Shown here: positions 20,977 to 29,930 of the stretch, piece after piece | How positions within the stretch are numbered: the stretch's first letter is position 1 | Layout: each line of letters starts with the position of its first letter | Source: Nitrosopumilus sp. | Lineage (GTDB): Archaea; Thermoproteota; Nitrososphaeria; Nitrososphaerales; Nitrosopumilaceae | NCBI GenBank assembly: GCA_965207445.1 | Contig: CBDBLX010000002.1 | Location: 96,001-160,000 of the forward strand | Length of the DNA stretch: 64,000 nucleotides | Direction of reading: 5' to 3' | Translations under genes and position numbers: made by a program | Notes under the pieces: generated by a model | Told to the model about the DNA's origin: nothing | Databases searched by the model: none | The model's input: the letters and a program-made list of their open reading frames with translations, nothing else

Positions 20977-22149
20977 GTGGAGTTAACAGAATCAGAAGAA
21001 AGAGCACTTGCAGGTGAGAGTGGCGAGGTTATGCAGATGGCTTATCGCATACTAGTTGCAACTGGCAAGGCAACTGATGCAGACAGACTAGTACCCGTGC
21101 AATGGGCACACCTATCAGGTGTCAACTATAATACCATAGGAGATGCAGGTGAGGAATTTCTAAAGAGTTTAAGCCACAAGGGTGCCAGGGTGCGCGTAAA
21201 GACAACATTAAATCCTATGGGATTTGATGCTGACAGTGTATCTAGATATGGATTAGATGATGAGTTTATTGCAAAACAAGAGTCAATAGCAAAATCATAC
21301 ACGATAATGGGCGTGACACCGTCATTCTCATGCATACCATATGAGATATTCAAGATGCCTATCAAAAATTCACAAATAGCATTTGCAGAGAGTAATGCTG
21401 CAATATATGCAAATTCATTTGATCATTTAAAAACGAATAAAGAAAGTGCATTTAGCGCACTTGCAAGCGCCATAACTGGAAAGAGTCCATACTCTGATCT
21501 ACGACGTGATGAAGAGTCAGATGAAATACCAGTTGTGCGTATGAGGATAAAAGAACCAGATGAGCTAGCATATGGGATGCTCGGATACTTTGCAGGCAAA
21601 GCCACTGATACGTCAGTAGTTGATATATCAGGCGTCTTGTCATCTGCAATGGATAGACGGCAATGCAAAGCTATGTGCGGGGGCATGGGAACATCAGGTA
21701 CCTGTGCAAAGTTTCGGTTTGTGAGTAATAATGATAAAAAAAATGTAGAAAAGATAGATTTTGATCATGATGCAATGCAACAAGTCAAAGACGAGTTAAA
21801 CACAGCAGAGAATGGAGATGTAGTCATACTTGGCAGCCCACAGCTTGGATTATGGGAGATATTAGATTTAATCAAACGACTGAAGGGCCGCTCATTTCAA
21901 AAGAGATGTATGATATTTTGTCCTAGAATAGTAAAAGAGCAAGCACAAGAACAGATTCAAGTGTTAGAAAAGGCAGGATGTGAGGTCATGGCAGATTGTT
22001 GCGCGTGCCTCTCGCCACTAGTTGAGACAGATGATATAGATACCGTGACTACAAATAGTATCAAGGGTGCGTTTTATCTTAACAATGCAAGTGGTGTTGG
22101 AGTAGAGTTGAAATCATTATCTGAAATCCTAGAGGACGAGACTGTATAA
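20977..22149 (+). CDS. Aconitase X large subunit (phosphomevalonate dehydratase large subunit)
   Basis: AHLSGVNYNTIGDAG, TTLNP, SCIPY, AESNA, GSPQ, TNSIKGAFY. Confidence 0.85.
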   Translation: MELTESEERALAGESGEVMQMAYRILVATGKATDADRLVPVQWAHLSGVNYNTIGDAGEEFLKSLSHKGARVRVKTTLNPMGFDADSVSRYGLDDEFIAKQESIAKSYTIMGVTPSFSCIPYEIFKMPIKNSQIAFAESNAAIYANSFDHLKTNKESAFSALASAITGKSPYSDLRRDEESDEIPVVRMRIKEPDELAYGMLGYFAGKATDTSVVDISGVLSSAMDRRQCKAMCGGMGTSGTCAKFRFVSNNDKKNVEKIDFDHDAMQQVKDELNTAENGDVVILGSPQLGLWEILDLIKRLKGRSFQKRCMIFCPRIVKEQAQEQIQVLEKAGCEVMADCCACLSPLVETDDIDTVTTNSIKGAFYLNNASGVGVELKSLSEILEDETV

Positions 22150-22579
22150 TGAATCATACAATTATTCAAAAACCCCAAAAATGCAAAATTCTAGTAAGTG
22201 GTAAGACTGATGGCATCATACTACAATCACACACACCGATAAACTTTCTAGGCGCAGTGAATAAAAAGACTGGTTTGATCACTGATAAAAAACACGAATT
22301 ATATAAAAAAAGCATTAAAAATGTCATACTAGTATTCCATCGGGGGCAGGGAGTAGTGTGGGAGCATATACCATATACTCTATCAAAGCAAACAAAGTAG
22401 CCCCACATGCTATGATATGCCAAAGAGCTGACTTGACAATTGCAACAGGGTGCGCCGTTGCAGATATTCCACTTTTAGTCATTGATGATGATAATATATT
22501 GAATATGCTCAATACAGGATCACACGTCACACTAGATACAGAGTCAGATAATTTTATTACATTAACAAATGATGATTAA
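22149..22579 (+). CDS. Aconitase X small (swiveling) subunit with a 1-nt frameshift near 22338
   Basis: PINFLGAVNKKTG..HELY..ILVF joins (P)SGAGSSVGAYTIY..AP.AMIC in the adjacent frame. Confidence 0.82.
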
Positions 22580-22736
22580 GTATAATAATAATGATCATTA
22601 AAATAATCAGTATTAGAGTAATATTTAGTATCAATTAAGACAGATGCAGTCTTTGTTAAAGTCCATTTACAAAACAGTCAATCTCAATAAAATGATCAAA
22701 AATTACTATACAAAGTAAAAAAAAGACGTCACAAGA

Positions 22737-23459
22737 TTATCTCTTTTTTGTCAAGTATAGCGCACCCACAATAATTCCTATCCCTGCTGCCACATAAAAT
22801 GGAAATAATGCAAATACATTTTGAGAAGGATCACCTGATAGAAATTCGACTAGAACGGTACCAGATGCCACGGCAGGCGGGTCAGTTGATCCCTCCATTC
22901 CATGTGTAGAAAAAGATACAGGTGCAAACAACCCAATATCCAAATTAGATACTACAATTCTTGCGCCATTGTTTACAGTCATACCAGCACGCTCCGTATA
23001 TGACACGATGACTTTAGCCTGCGGATACCACCCACGCTCCAAATCTTTGTGAATTATTATATATCCTTCATCAGGCGTCTGTACTGCTACCCAAAACCTA
23101 TAATCTGGATTTGCACCCATTCCAATTTCTACAAACTCGTCTTGTGTCTCTTTGTCATATAATCTAATTACGGCGTTTCCATTAGGATGCGCATATATCA
23201 AATCATTATCTATTGTAGCTTGCCAGCTTATGATATGGGATTTTTCCAGATCTTGAATCGGGGCAACGCGCAACACACGGTTGAACTCGGATGCATCAAT
23301 AGTAATCTCCTCTATGGTAAGAGACGGATTCTTGATATCTGTGTCAGTGTCTAGTTGTGTGTTATGCTCAGTAGCAACAGAATCAGGTATGGCAGATAAA
23401 GCTACAAGTGTGAGGGCGATAATACTAGTAGTAATGTAAGATGATACCAAACGTGACAA
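22737..23459 (-). CDS. Conserved thaumarchaeal exported, membrane-anchored protein
   Basis: N-terminal signal peptide and C-terminal TM helix followed by KKR. Confidence 0.7.
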   Translation of the reverse strand: MSRLVSSYITTSIIALTLVALSAIPDSVATEHNTQLDTDTDIKNPSLTIEEITIDASEFNRVLRVAPIQDLEKSHIISWQATIDNDLIYAHPNGNAVIRLYDKETQDEFVEIGMGANPDYRFWVAVQTPDEGYIIIHKDLERGWYPQAKVIVSYTERAGMTVNNGARIVVSNLDIGLFAPVSFSTHGMEGSTDPPAVASGTVLVEFLSGDPSQNVFALFPFYVAAGIGIIVGALYLTKKR

Positions 23460-24262
23460 TTATCTCACATGAAGTTTCTTTCTCAATTAATTAAATTGTA
23501 CTTTGCGTTGTTCGGGAATTGTATATTTTAGTTAACTGTGTGAGACCCTAAAACCAACCCCTACTATGAATCAGAGTACCCGGCAAGCATTTTAGGGAAG
23601 GTATAACTCGGACTGAATTGTTCAAGATATTCCCTGATAATCAGTTTGCAATGCAGTGGTTTGAGAGGCGCATATGAAATGACGGTAGAGGATGCCCAAC
23701 TTGCGAGAATCCATACACCACAGTATCCACACAAAAGACGACGCCTTACTATTGTTACAAGTGCCGGCACTTTTTCTCAGTCAAAAAAGGTACTGTAATG
23801 AAGCAGCCACACATATCATATCAGAATGGGCTATTGGAACCTATCTTGTTGTAACTAACCTGAGGTGTCTCAAGTATGAAAATTCATAGAGATTTAGGAA
23901 TGACCCAAAAGTCTGCATGATTCATGCTTACAAGGCTCCTCGAATCTTGGAAGCAGTTGGCAGGCGTTGATAAGATGGATGGGACTAGAGACTGATGAGG
24001 CGTTCGTTGGTGGCTCAGATAAGAAGAATCGTCATGCAGACAAGAAAGTCACCAAACCAAAGACTGCTGTAGGTGGTGTCAAAGACCGTACATCAAACAA
24101 GGTTACTGTAAAGCCAGTGCCAGAAATTACAAAGACATGCTTGGAAGATTTCATTGAAAAGAATGTGACCGAGGATGCCAAAAAATACACTGATGAAAAT
24201 AGGATATATTCTGACTTGAGGAATCACGAGTCCGTAAACCACTTTGTAGGAGAGTATGTAAG

Positions 24263-24370
24263 GGGACAGGCGCATACAAACGGCACGGAGTTATTCTAGC
24301 TGAGAGACTAGAAGCTAAAAGAATAGAAAGAGAAAGGGACAGGCGCATACAAACGGCACGGAGTTATTCT
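24263..24370. repeat. 35-bp direct duplication flanking a 38-bp unique insert
   Basis: GGGACAGGCGCATACAAACGGCACGGAGTTATTCT at 24263-24297 and 24336-24370. Confidence 0.92.
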
Positions 24371-24383
24371 GGTCCATGATGAA

Positions 24384-24489
24384 GTGCGGTTATGATGGAT
24401 GTACCATCACATATCCGACTGCTCTTCTAGTATGATCACGGTCAGTTGTATAACGTGCGGTTATGACGGATGTACCATCACATATCCGA
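24384..24489. repeat. 35-bp direct duplication (1 mismatch) flanking a 36-bp unique insert
   Basis: GTGCGGTTATGA(T/C)GGATGTACCATCACATATCCGA at 24384-24418 and 24455-24489. Confidence 0.92.
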
Positions 24490-24567
24490 GGATCATTTGT
24501 ACCGATACGTTAATGAATCCACCGGACGACACAACATTAGGAACATGGATAGTGTAGAGATGATGGG

Positions 24568-26237
24568 TAGTAGTTTCATTAAAGATCCGATAGTTTTTAG
24601 ACATTCTTATAATCATATATTTGGAAATCAAGCAGGCCCCATGTTGTAATCCATACATGCTCCATGATTTTTCCGTGCCATGTCCATGCCAGCCGTGTAT
24701 TCAGGCGTGGCAAAAAGTATGTGCGCAGCCGTCCTGATCATAGTGCGATCTGTGCGTCGCACAGCCTCACCCGGACCCACCTAGTTCGCGTAATATGCAG
24801 TTCATGCAGCCCGGAGTTCTGGTATTGGCGCGTTGTTCTTTGCGTCCTGTATGGCATTGCGCATGTACTCTAGCAGCCTGACTGTACCCACCTCGCCTTT
24901 TTCCATCATGTGTAGTATGGACTTTTGAATCTCTGGAAAACCACCTTTGTAGTATCTGCCTGCTAGTGCGCGCTTTATCTCGCGCCATTGGATCTCTATG
25001 GGATTGTGCTGAGGCGTATATGGCGGCAAGTACCATAGTGCAACTTGTCCTCTTGTCTGTTCCAGATACTGCTTGATGCCTTTGGACTTGTGCGCAGATG
25101 CATTGTCACATATGACAAATACCTTGCCGTACTTTTCTCGGAGCACCTCCAACAACTTTATGACGTTTACAGTATTCGCACTGTCGCAAAAGTGCAGGTG
25201 GCATGTACCGGCCCCGAGTGCACCCAGCATTTTCATACTTGTTTTTGAAAAGTTGACCTTTACAGTCTCAGAGCCTCCCCGGGTATATAGTCCGCGCGCG
25301 ACATACGGCGAGTTTGTGATTGCAGAGGCGTCCATGCAGAACACCTCATAGCCGGCGCGGGCGTGCGCCATGATGGCGCGTATTGTGTCGTGTACATAAT
25401 GTAGTTCTTCTAATGGACTGGCAGACTTGTGGTGAATTGGTCTGGGTATTCTTATTGAAAAGCCCATCCTGTGAGCTAGCGCCAGGGCCCCGGTCCACGT
25501 GTACTGGACGTCAAAAATGTTTGCCAGATGCAATGCAAACAAGGCGGCAGTCCATGTCCCACGCTCAAAGCCGCACTGCATCGGCTCTCTACTCAGATCG
25601 GTCTTTGCCTGTTCTTGTTGTTCTTTTGTGAGTCTGCACGGCCTGCCAGGGCTCTTGCGGTCGTACCTGCCCTCCAAGCCCTCTGACTGCAGTCTATTGA
25701 GCCACTCAGATATGACACCCTGACTACGTCCGAGCTGGGCGGCTATTACAGACTCACTCTTGCCCTTTTTTCGTCCAACTGCCGCCTGCAGTCTGTCCCG
25801 GGACTTACCCGGAGGCTCGTTGCGGTAGGCGGTTTTTAGATCTTCCAGGGACACGTCGGGCATGAACCCGTCCCCTTTTCCTACATAGGCCGTCTTCAAA
25901 AAATACGCACCTCGTCGATGCCGCAAGACGATCTGCCTGCAGAGTCGTTAAATATGGTATCGGCGAGTACTACTCGATGTACCATTTTTTCGTTTGACAA
26001 CAAACACTAATGGCCACATCGCCTTTTGACACTCGAGGTCAAATTAGTTAAACCAAATGATCAAAAGTTACTCTAAATACCTGCCACGGGATATACACCC
26101 TAATTCCTCGTCTCTCTTCTGGCTACCACACGGTATCTGCTACACATAGTGCCAATTACGTCTATTTTTCCACTCAGTACACAACTGCCTAGCCGAAATC
26201 GCCTGCAAAAACCATCGGATCTTTAATGAAACTACTA
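24568..26237. mobile_element. TIR-bounded 1.67-kb element containing an IS630-type transposase, nested in the IS1595 transposase
   Basis: 24-bp perfect TIR TAGTAGTTTCATTAAAGATCCGAT and 4-bp TSD TGGG on both sides. Confidence 0.85.
24802..25863 (-). CDS. IS630-family transposase
   Basis: HTH region, GRPCRL, WT motif, MDAS, ICDNASAH, LPPYTPQHNPIE. Likely start ATG 25863 (ORF track extends to 25926). Confidence 0.9.
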   Translation of the reverse strand: MPDVSLEDLKTAYRNEPPGKSRDRLQAAVGRKKGKSESVIAAQLGRSQGVISEWLNRLQSEGLEGRYDRKSPGRPCRLTKEQQEQAKTDLSREPMQCGFERGTWTAALFALHLANIFDVQYTWTGALALAHRMGFSIRIPRPIHHKSASPLEELHYVHDTIRAIMAHARAGYEVFCMDASAITNSPYVARGLYTRGGSETVKVNFSKTSMKMLGALGAGTCHLHFCDSANTVNVIKLLEVLREKYGKVFVICDNASAHKSKGIKQYLEQTRGQVALWYLPPYTPQHNPIEIQWREIKRALAGRYYKGGFPEIQKSILHMMEKGEVGTVRLLEYMRNAIQDAKNNAPIPELRAA

Positions 26238-26332
26238 TGGGTACGATGGCCGAGAACATGGCGGGAAGCAAGCTTACATACAATACGCTCATAGAACCAG
26301 GCAGGCTTGATGGAGATGTAGTCTGAATGTTA

Positions 26333-26453
26333 TTACAGAGAAGTTACAGAGAAGTTACAGAGAAGTTACAGAGAAGTTACAGAGAAGTTACAGAGAAGTT
26401 ACAGAGAAGTTACAGAGAAGTTACAGAGAAGTTACAGAGAAGTTACAGAGAAG
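26333..26453. repeat. Tandem repeat (TTACAGAGAAG) x11
   Basis: Perfect 11-bp units between the IS1595 transposase end and the R-M gene. Confidence 0.95.
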
Positions 26454-26687
26454 TACCCTCGACACGGGGGGTTTATTTTTTGGGCATCTAAATTTTGCAC
26501 ATGCTACATTACAGATGAGGTAACTCCCATTGCTGTCAATGCGGCAGCAGATCCAAGTCTAGGAGGGGCATGACTACTGCATAAGAAAACAGAACGTTCC
26601 CGTTCAGATAAGGATCACTATAATCGAGCCGTAAGCAGACTGGTATCGGTCAGTGCCAAGAGTGAAAAGACGCGCCAAAATGCAATC

Positions 26688-29504
26688 ATGGGCTGGATTG
26701 ATGTCACGTTTCCCAACACAGCGCCCGAACTTGAATATGTGACTGATGCAGGAGGCCAGATTGACATCTATCTGCCAACTCATCGTGCCATAATAGAAGT
26801 AAAGACGCCTAGCTCCCTTGGGAATGACCCGCGAGTCGGACTGGGATCGTATAAAGAATCCGCATATAAGCAACTTGCAAGATATGTTGAGGATGAGCGT
26901 AAGATTACACAAACATACATTGTAGATGAAGAGAATCCACGGAAGGACACCACATGGATTGGATGCGTCACGGATGCACGCAGGTGGTGGGTGTGGGAAT
27001 GGGAACATACCAGACACGCCGATGGCCGCGAGATTGGCGGGTGGCAGGGAACGCTACTGTCAAGCAACAACATCAGGAATCTTGAGCGGTTGTTTGACCG
27101 CCGTGTGGGCAAGCCATGGGCGCCAGCAGACCCGTCAGAACTATTCGCAGAATCACTGCAGAGACTACGCAACCTGTATGAGCGTGAACGATATGTGCCT
27201 GCCACCATAACACAGCGCAATCTGTGGTTGCAACAACTCAGAGCAAGTGGGAATGCACCCGTTGAAAGTATTGATGAGTTGTTTGTGCGACACACACTAC
27301 TCATACTCATAACGCGGCTCATCATCAAGACCATACGGCGCGACGACAACGATACCACGGCAGGCTTTGTCCAATGGGTGTCCGAAGACGGTGAGTTTAT
27401 CAGGGATTTGGCAGGAGTCATAGACCAATACAACTGGAGACATCGTAAGATCGACATACTCAGAGGACTGTACGGGAATTTTGTGGATGCCAAACACCGC
27501 AAGGCGTTTGGCGAATATTATACACCGGATTGGCTGGCCGAGCGCATATGCCACAAGACAATCGATGACGCGTACATAGAGGAGCAGATTACAAATTTCA
27601 GAAAGGGAGCCACCATAATGGGAGTGTTGGATCCGTTCTGTGGCTCTGGAACATTTCTTGTACATGCAGTGCGGCGCATTCTCAGTTCAGAGGCGCTTGC
27701 AAAAGCCACTCTTACGGATCACCAGAAAAATGACTTTGTGTCACAGATGGTTCATGGAATGGATATACATCCGGTGGCAGTTGAGATGTCACGCGGCAAC
27801 ATGCAACGCCTGCTGCCTACTGTGCCACCCACGGCAATACATGTGTACCAAGGGGATTCAATGCTCGTCGCTAGGTCTGAGAGTTCTGTATTGAGTAGTG
27901 GGGGCGAGTCAATGTTCCTTGAATCTCCCAAGGGGCACAAACTTGTCATTCCAAAAAATTTTCTTCGATCCAATGATGACATACGCGCATTCGTACTGTC
28001 GGCGCAGGTTGGAGATCGTCTTCCCGTGGGAATTACAGAAGGATTATCTCAGAACGAACAGAATGAGGTTGAGGAAGCCCACAAGATAATGTCAAAAATC
28101 ATCAAAGAGGAGCAAAATGGTGTTTGGTATTGGTATATAGTAAACCAAGCAGCCCCAATCCTACTGAGCGAGGGCAAGGTGGGCAGGATCGTCTCAAACC
28201 CACCATGGGTCGCACTACAGGAAATACAACACAAGCCCAGAAAGGAAGAGATTGAGCGGTTTGCCAAAGCCGAAAATCTGTTTGTGGGTGGTAAAGTCGC
28301 AGGCAGATTCGATGTTGCCATGCTTGCGGTACGCCGTTCAATTAATCTGTACATGAGTAAAGGTAAAAGAAAGATGGGGTTCTTGCTGCCACAGGGCGCC
28401 ATGCTGGGGGCTGAAAATTGGTCAAAGCTCGCAGATTCATACGGGCAGATAACTACAGACGAGTGGGATATGGGCCGCCTGCCGTTTCACAACACACCGT
28501 CATGTGTGATCTTGATGGATGATAAGCAGTCCGGACGCGGCGGGGCGTCCAGAAAGGCATATCGCATGCGGCGGGGCATTTTGCGCGTCAAGCCACATGA
28601 AACGTGGAGTGCGGTTGAAAGAAAGGTATGCGATGTTGGAATCTCCGAGTTTGTAAGTGCACCATCTGAATACATTGGCAGGCATGGCGCCTCACTTCAA
28701 CCTATGACTCTTGTGCGCATAAAGGACAGTGAGGTTCATGGAAAAAATATCAAGTTCACCACTTTTGCATCATTTAAGACGCCATGGAAGGCATTGGGAA
28801 GTCGGACAGGTGAGGTTCCCTCGCGGTTTGCCAAAGATACTCTGATTAGTGCAGGCATGTTTCCTTTCTACGCCAAGATTGGCAGTAATATAATCCCGAT
28901 GCGCGATGACGGGTCATGGGATCCGTCTAGAAACACCAATGCATACTGGCAGTCAGCCCAGAGTATGTATGATAACCACAAGGGTCTTGGAAAGAACACG
29001 CCAAAGACACTGGAAGCAAGTCTGGATCACATGCAAAAACTGACTAAGCAGATGGGTTCCAAGAATCACCGCGTTGTGTATAATTCGGTAGGAGACTATC
29101 TGTATGCGGCCATCATACAGCCCCATGTAATATGCGGTGTGGGCACGGTATATGTCAACACAACAGGAAAGAAGGAAGCGCAGTTTTTGTCAGCACTCTT
29201 AAACGCAGACTGCCTACATAATGCATTTGTATCTGCACAGAAAACAGATAGAAATTTTCACATGCACATACTAAACGATGTACCCCTTCCGAGATTTTGT
29301 CAATCGAGTACAACACATAACAAGATTGTGGACATATCTATTGAATGTGCGAAACTGGCACAACAAACATACAAGACACATTATACTGACATTGGAGACT
29401 TTAAGATGCGCACTACGATCCGAGTCGCATTGCAAGAGTCAGGTCTACAGGAGGAACTGTCCAAAAACATCAAGAAGATACTGCATGGGTATATGGATAT
29501 TTGA
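26688..29504 (+). CDS. Type IIG/IIL-like fused restriction endonuclease and N6-adenine methyltransferase
   Basis: N-terminal IDIYL...IIEVK (PD-(D/E)xK), GEYYTPDWLA, LDPFCGSGTFL, VSNPPW, C-terminal TRD-like region (RVVYNSVG..FLSALLN). Confidence 0.85.
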   Translation: MGWIDVTFPNTAPELEYVTDAGGQIDIYLPTHRAIIEVKTPSSLGNDPRVGLGSYKESAYKQLARYVEDERKITQTYIVDEENPRKDTTWIGCVTDARRWWVWEWEHTRHADGREIGGWQGTLLSSNNIRNLERLFDRRVGKPWAPADPSELFAESLQRLRNLYERERYVPATITQRNLWLQQLRASGNAPVESIDELFVRHTLLILITRLIIKTIRRDDNDTTAGFVQWVSEDGEFIRDLAGVIDQYNWRHRKIDILRGLYGNFVDAKHRKAFGEYYTPDWLAERICHKTIDDAYIEEQITNFRKGATIMGVLDPFCGSGTFLVHAVRRILSSEALAKATLTDHQKNDFVSQMVHGMDIHPVAVEMSRGNMQRLLPTVPPTAIHVYQGDSMLVARSESSVLSSGGESMFLESPKGHKLVIPKNFLRSNDDIRAFVLSAQVGDRLPVGITEGLSQNEQNEVEEAHKIMSKIIKEEQNGVWYWYIVNQAAPILLSEGKVGRIVSNPPWVALQEIQHKPRKEEIERFAKAENLFVGGKVAGRFDVAMLAVRRSINLYMSKGKRKMGFLLPQGAMLGAENWSKLADSYGQITTDEWDMGRLPFHNTPSCVILMDDKQSGRGGASRKAYRMRRGILRVKPHETWSAVERKVCDVGISEFVSAPSEYIGRHGASLQPMTLVRIKDSEVHGKNIKFTTFASFKTPWKALGSRTGEVPSRFAKDTLISAGMFPFYAKIGSNIIPMRDDGSWDPSRNTNAYWQSAQSMYDNHKGLGKNTPKTLEASLDHMQKLTKQMGSKNHRVVYNSVGDYLYAAIIQPHVICGVGTVYVNTTGKKEAQFLSALLNADCLHNAFVSAQKTDRNFHMHILNDVPLPRFCQSSTTHNKIVDISIECAKLAQQTYKTHYTDIGDFKMRTTIRVALQESGLQEELSKNIKKILHGYMDI

Positions 29505-29669
29505 AGAATCTCTGATTCCCAAACAACACATGCGCCTCATGAAACTATACCAAAAGCCACCAGGAGTGTTCATGTGTCGAGTCAACTAAAATATATAATT
29601 CCCCGTTGTTCTTGAGGTTCTCCTGCAAACGCGGTTGGTGGCAATTAATACAGATTTGAACCGTTGTAG

Positions 29670-29843
29670 TCAATCCGGACACGTAACTAGTATTTTGTCG
29701 CCACGTATGATAAACTTCAAACCCTCTGGGTTACCAAGTTTGGCAAGGACCGGCTTTGGAATGTATGAGTAACTGGTACCTCTTTTCACGTTGTGGGTTA
29801 TGGATACTTGGAATTCAGTGGCATTGGCAGCCCATTTAGTCAT
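29670..29843 (-). CDS. Small AbrB/SpoVT-like protein carried inside the IS6 element
   Basis: MTKWAANATEFQVSITHNVKRGTSYSYIPKPVLAKLGNPEGLKFIIRGDKILVTCPD (57 aa), divergent from the transposase. Not in the ORF track. Confidence 0.6.
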   Translation of the reverse strand: MTKWAANATEFQVSITHNVKRGTSYSYIPKPVLAKLGNPEGLKFIIRGDKILVTCPD

Positions 29844-29930
29844 GTTTGTTGTTCTCAGTACAACGTTATAACGTCACTGACATCGGATTGCGCACGAATG
29901 CTTATATATCCAATTGGTGATATATGTATA

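Larger units (their letters stand above)
23566..26326 (+). pseudogene. IS1595 transposase, multiply disrupted
   Basis: Zn ribbon CPTC...YYCYKCRHFFSVKKGT, ETDEAFVGG, YTDE..Y, HESVNH..GEYVRGQAHTNG.E.FWS, YHHISEDHLYRYVNE..GRHN, then after the nested element MGTMAENMAGSKLTYNTLI. Confidence 0.85.
23514..29603 (+). mobile_element. IS1595-family transposon with passenger Type IIG R-M gene
   Basis: TIRs GGGAATTGTATATTTTAGTTAAC and GTCAACTAAAATATATAATTCCC. 8-bp TSD CGTTGTTC at 23506-23513 and 29604-29611. Confidence 0.88.

Noticed and set aside
24263..24489. Possible canonical CRISPR array
   Set aside because: The two repeat pairs have different sequences, both are transposase coding sequence, and no cas genes or leader are in the window. 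Reported as ectopic insertions instead.
26333..26453. Repeat array as a CRISPR or iteron set
   Set aside because: It is a head-to-tail 11-mer with no spacers and no adjacent rep gene.
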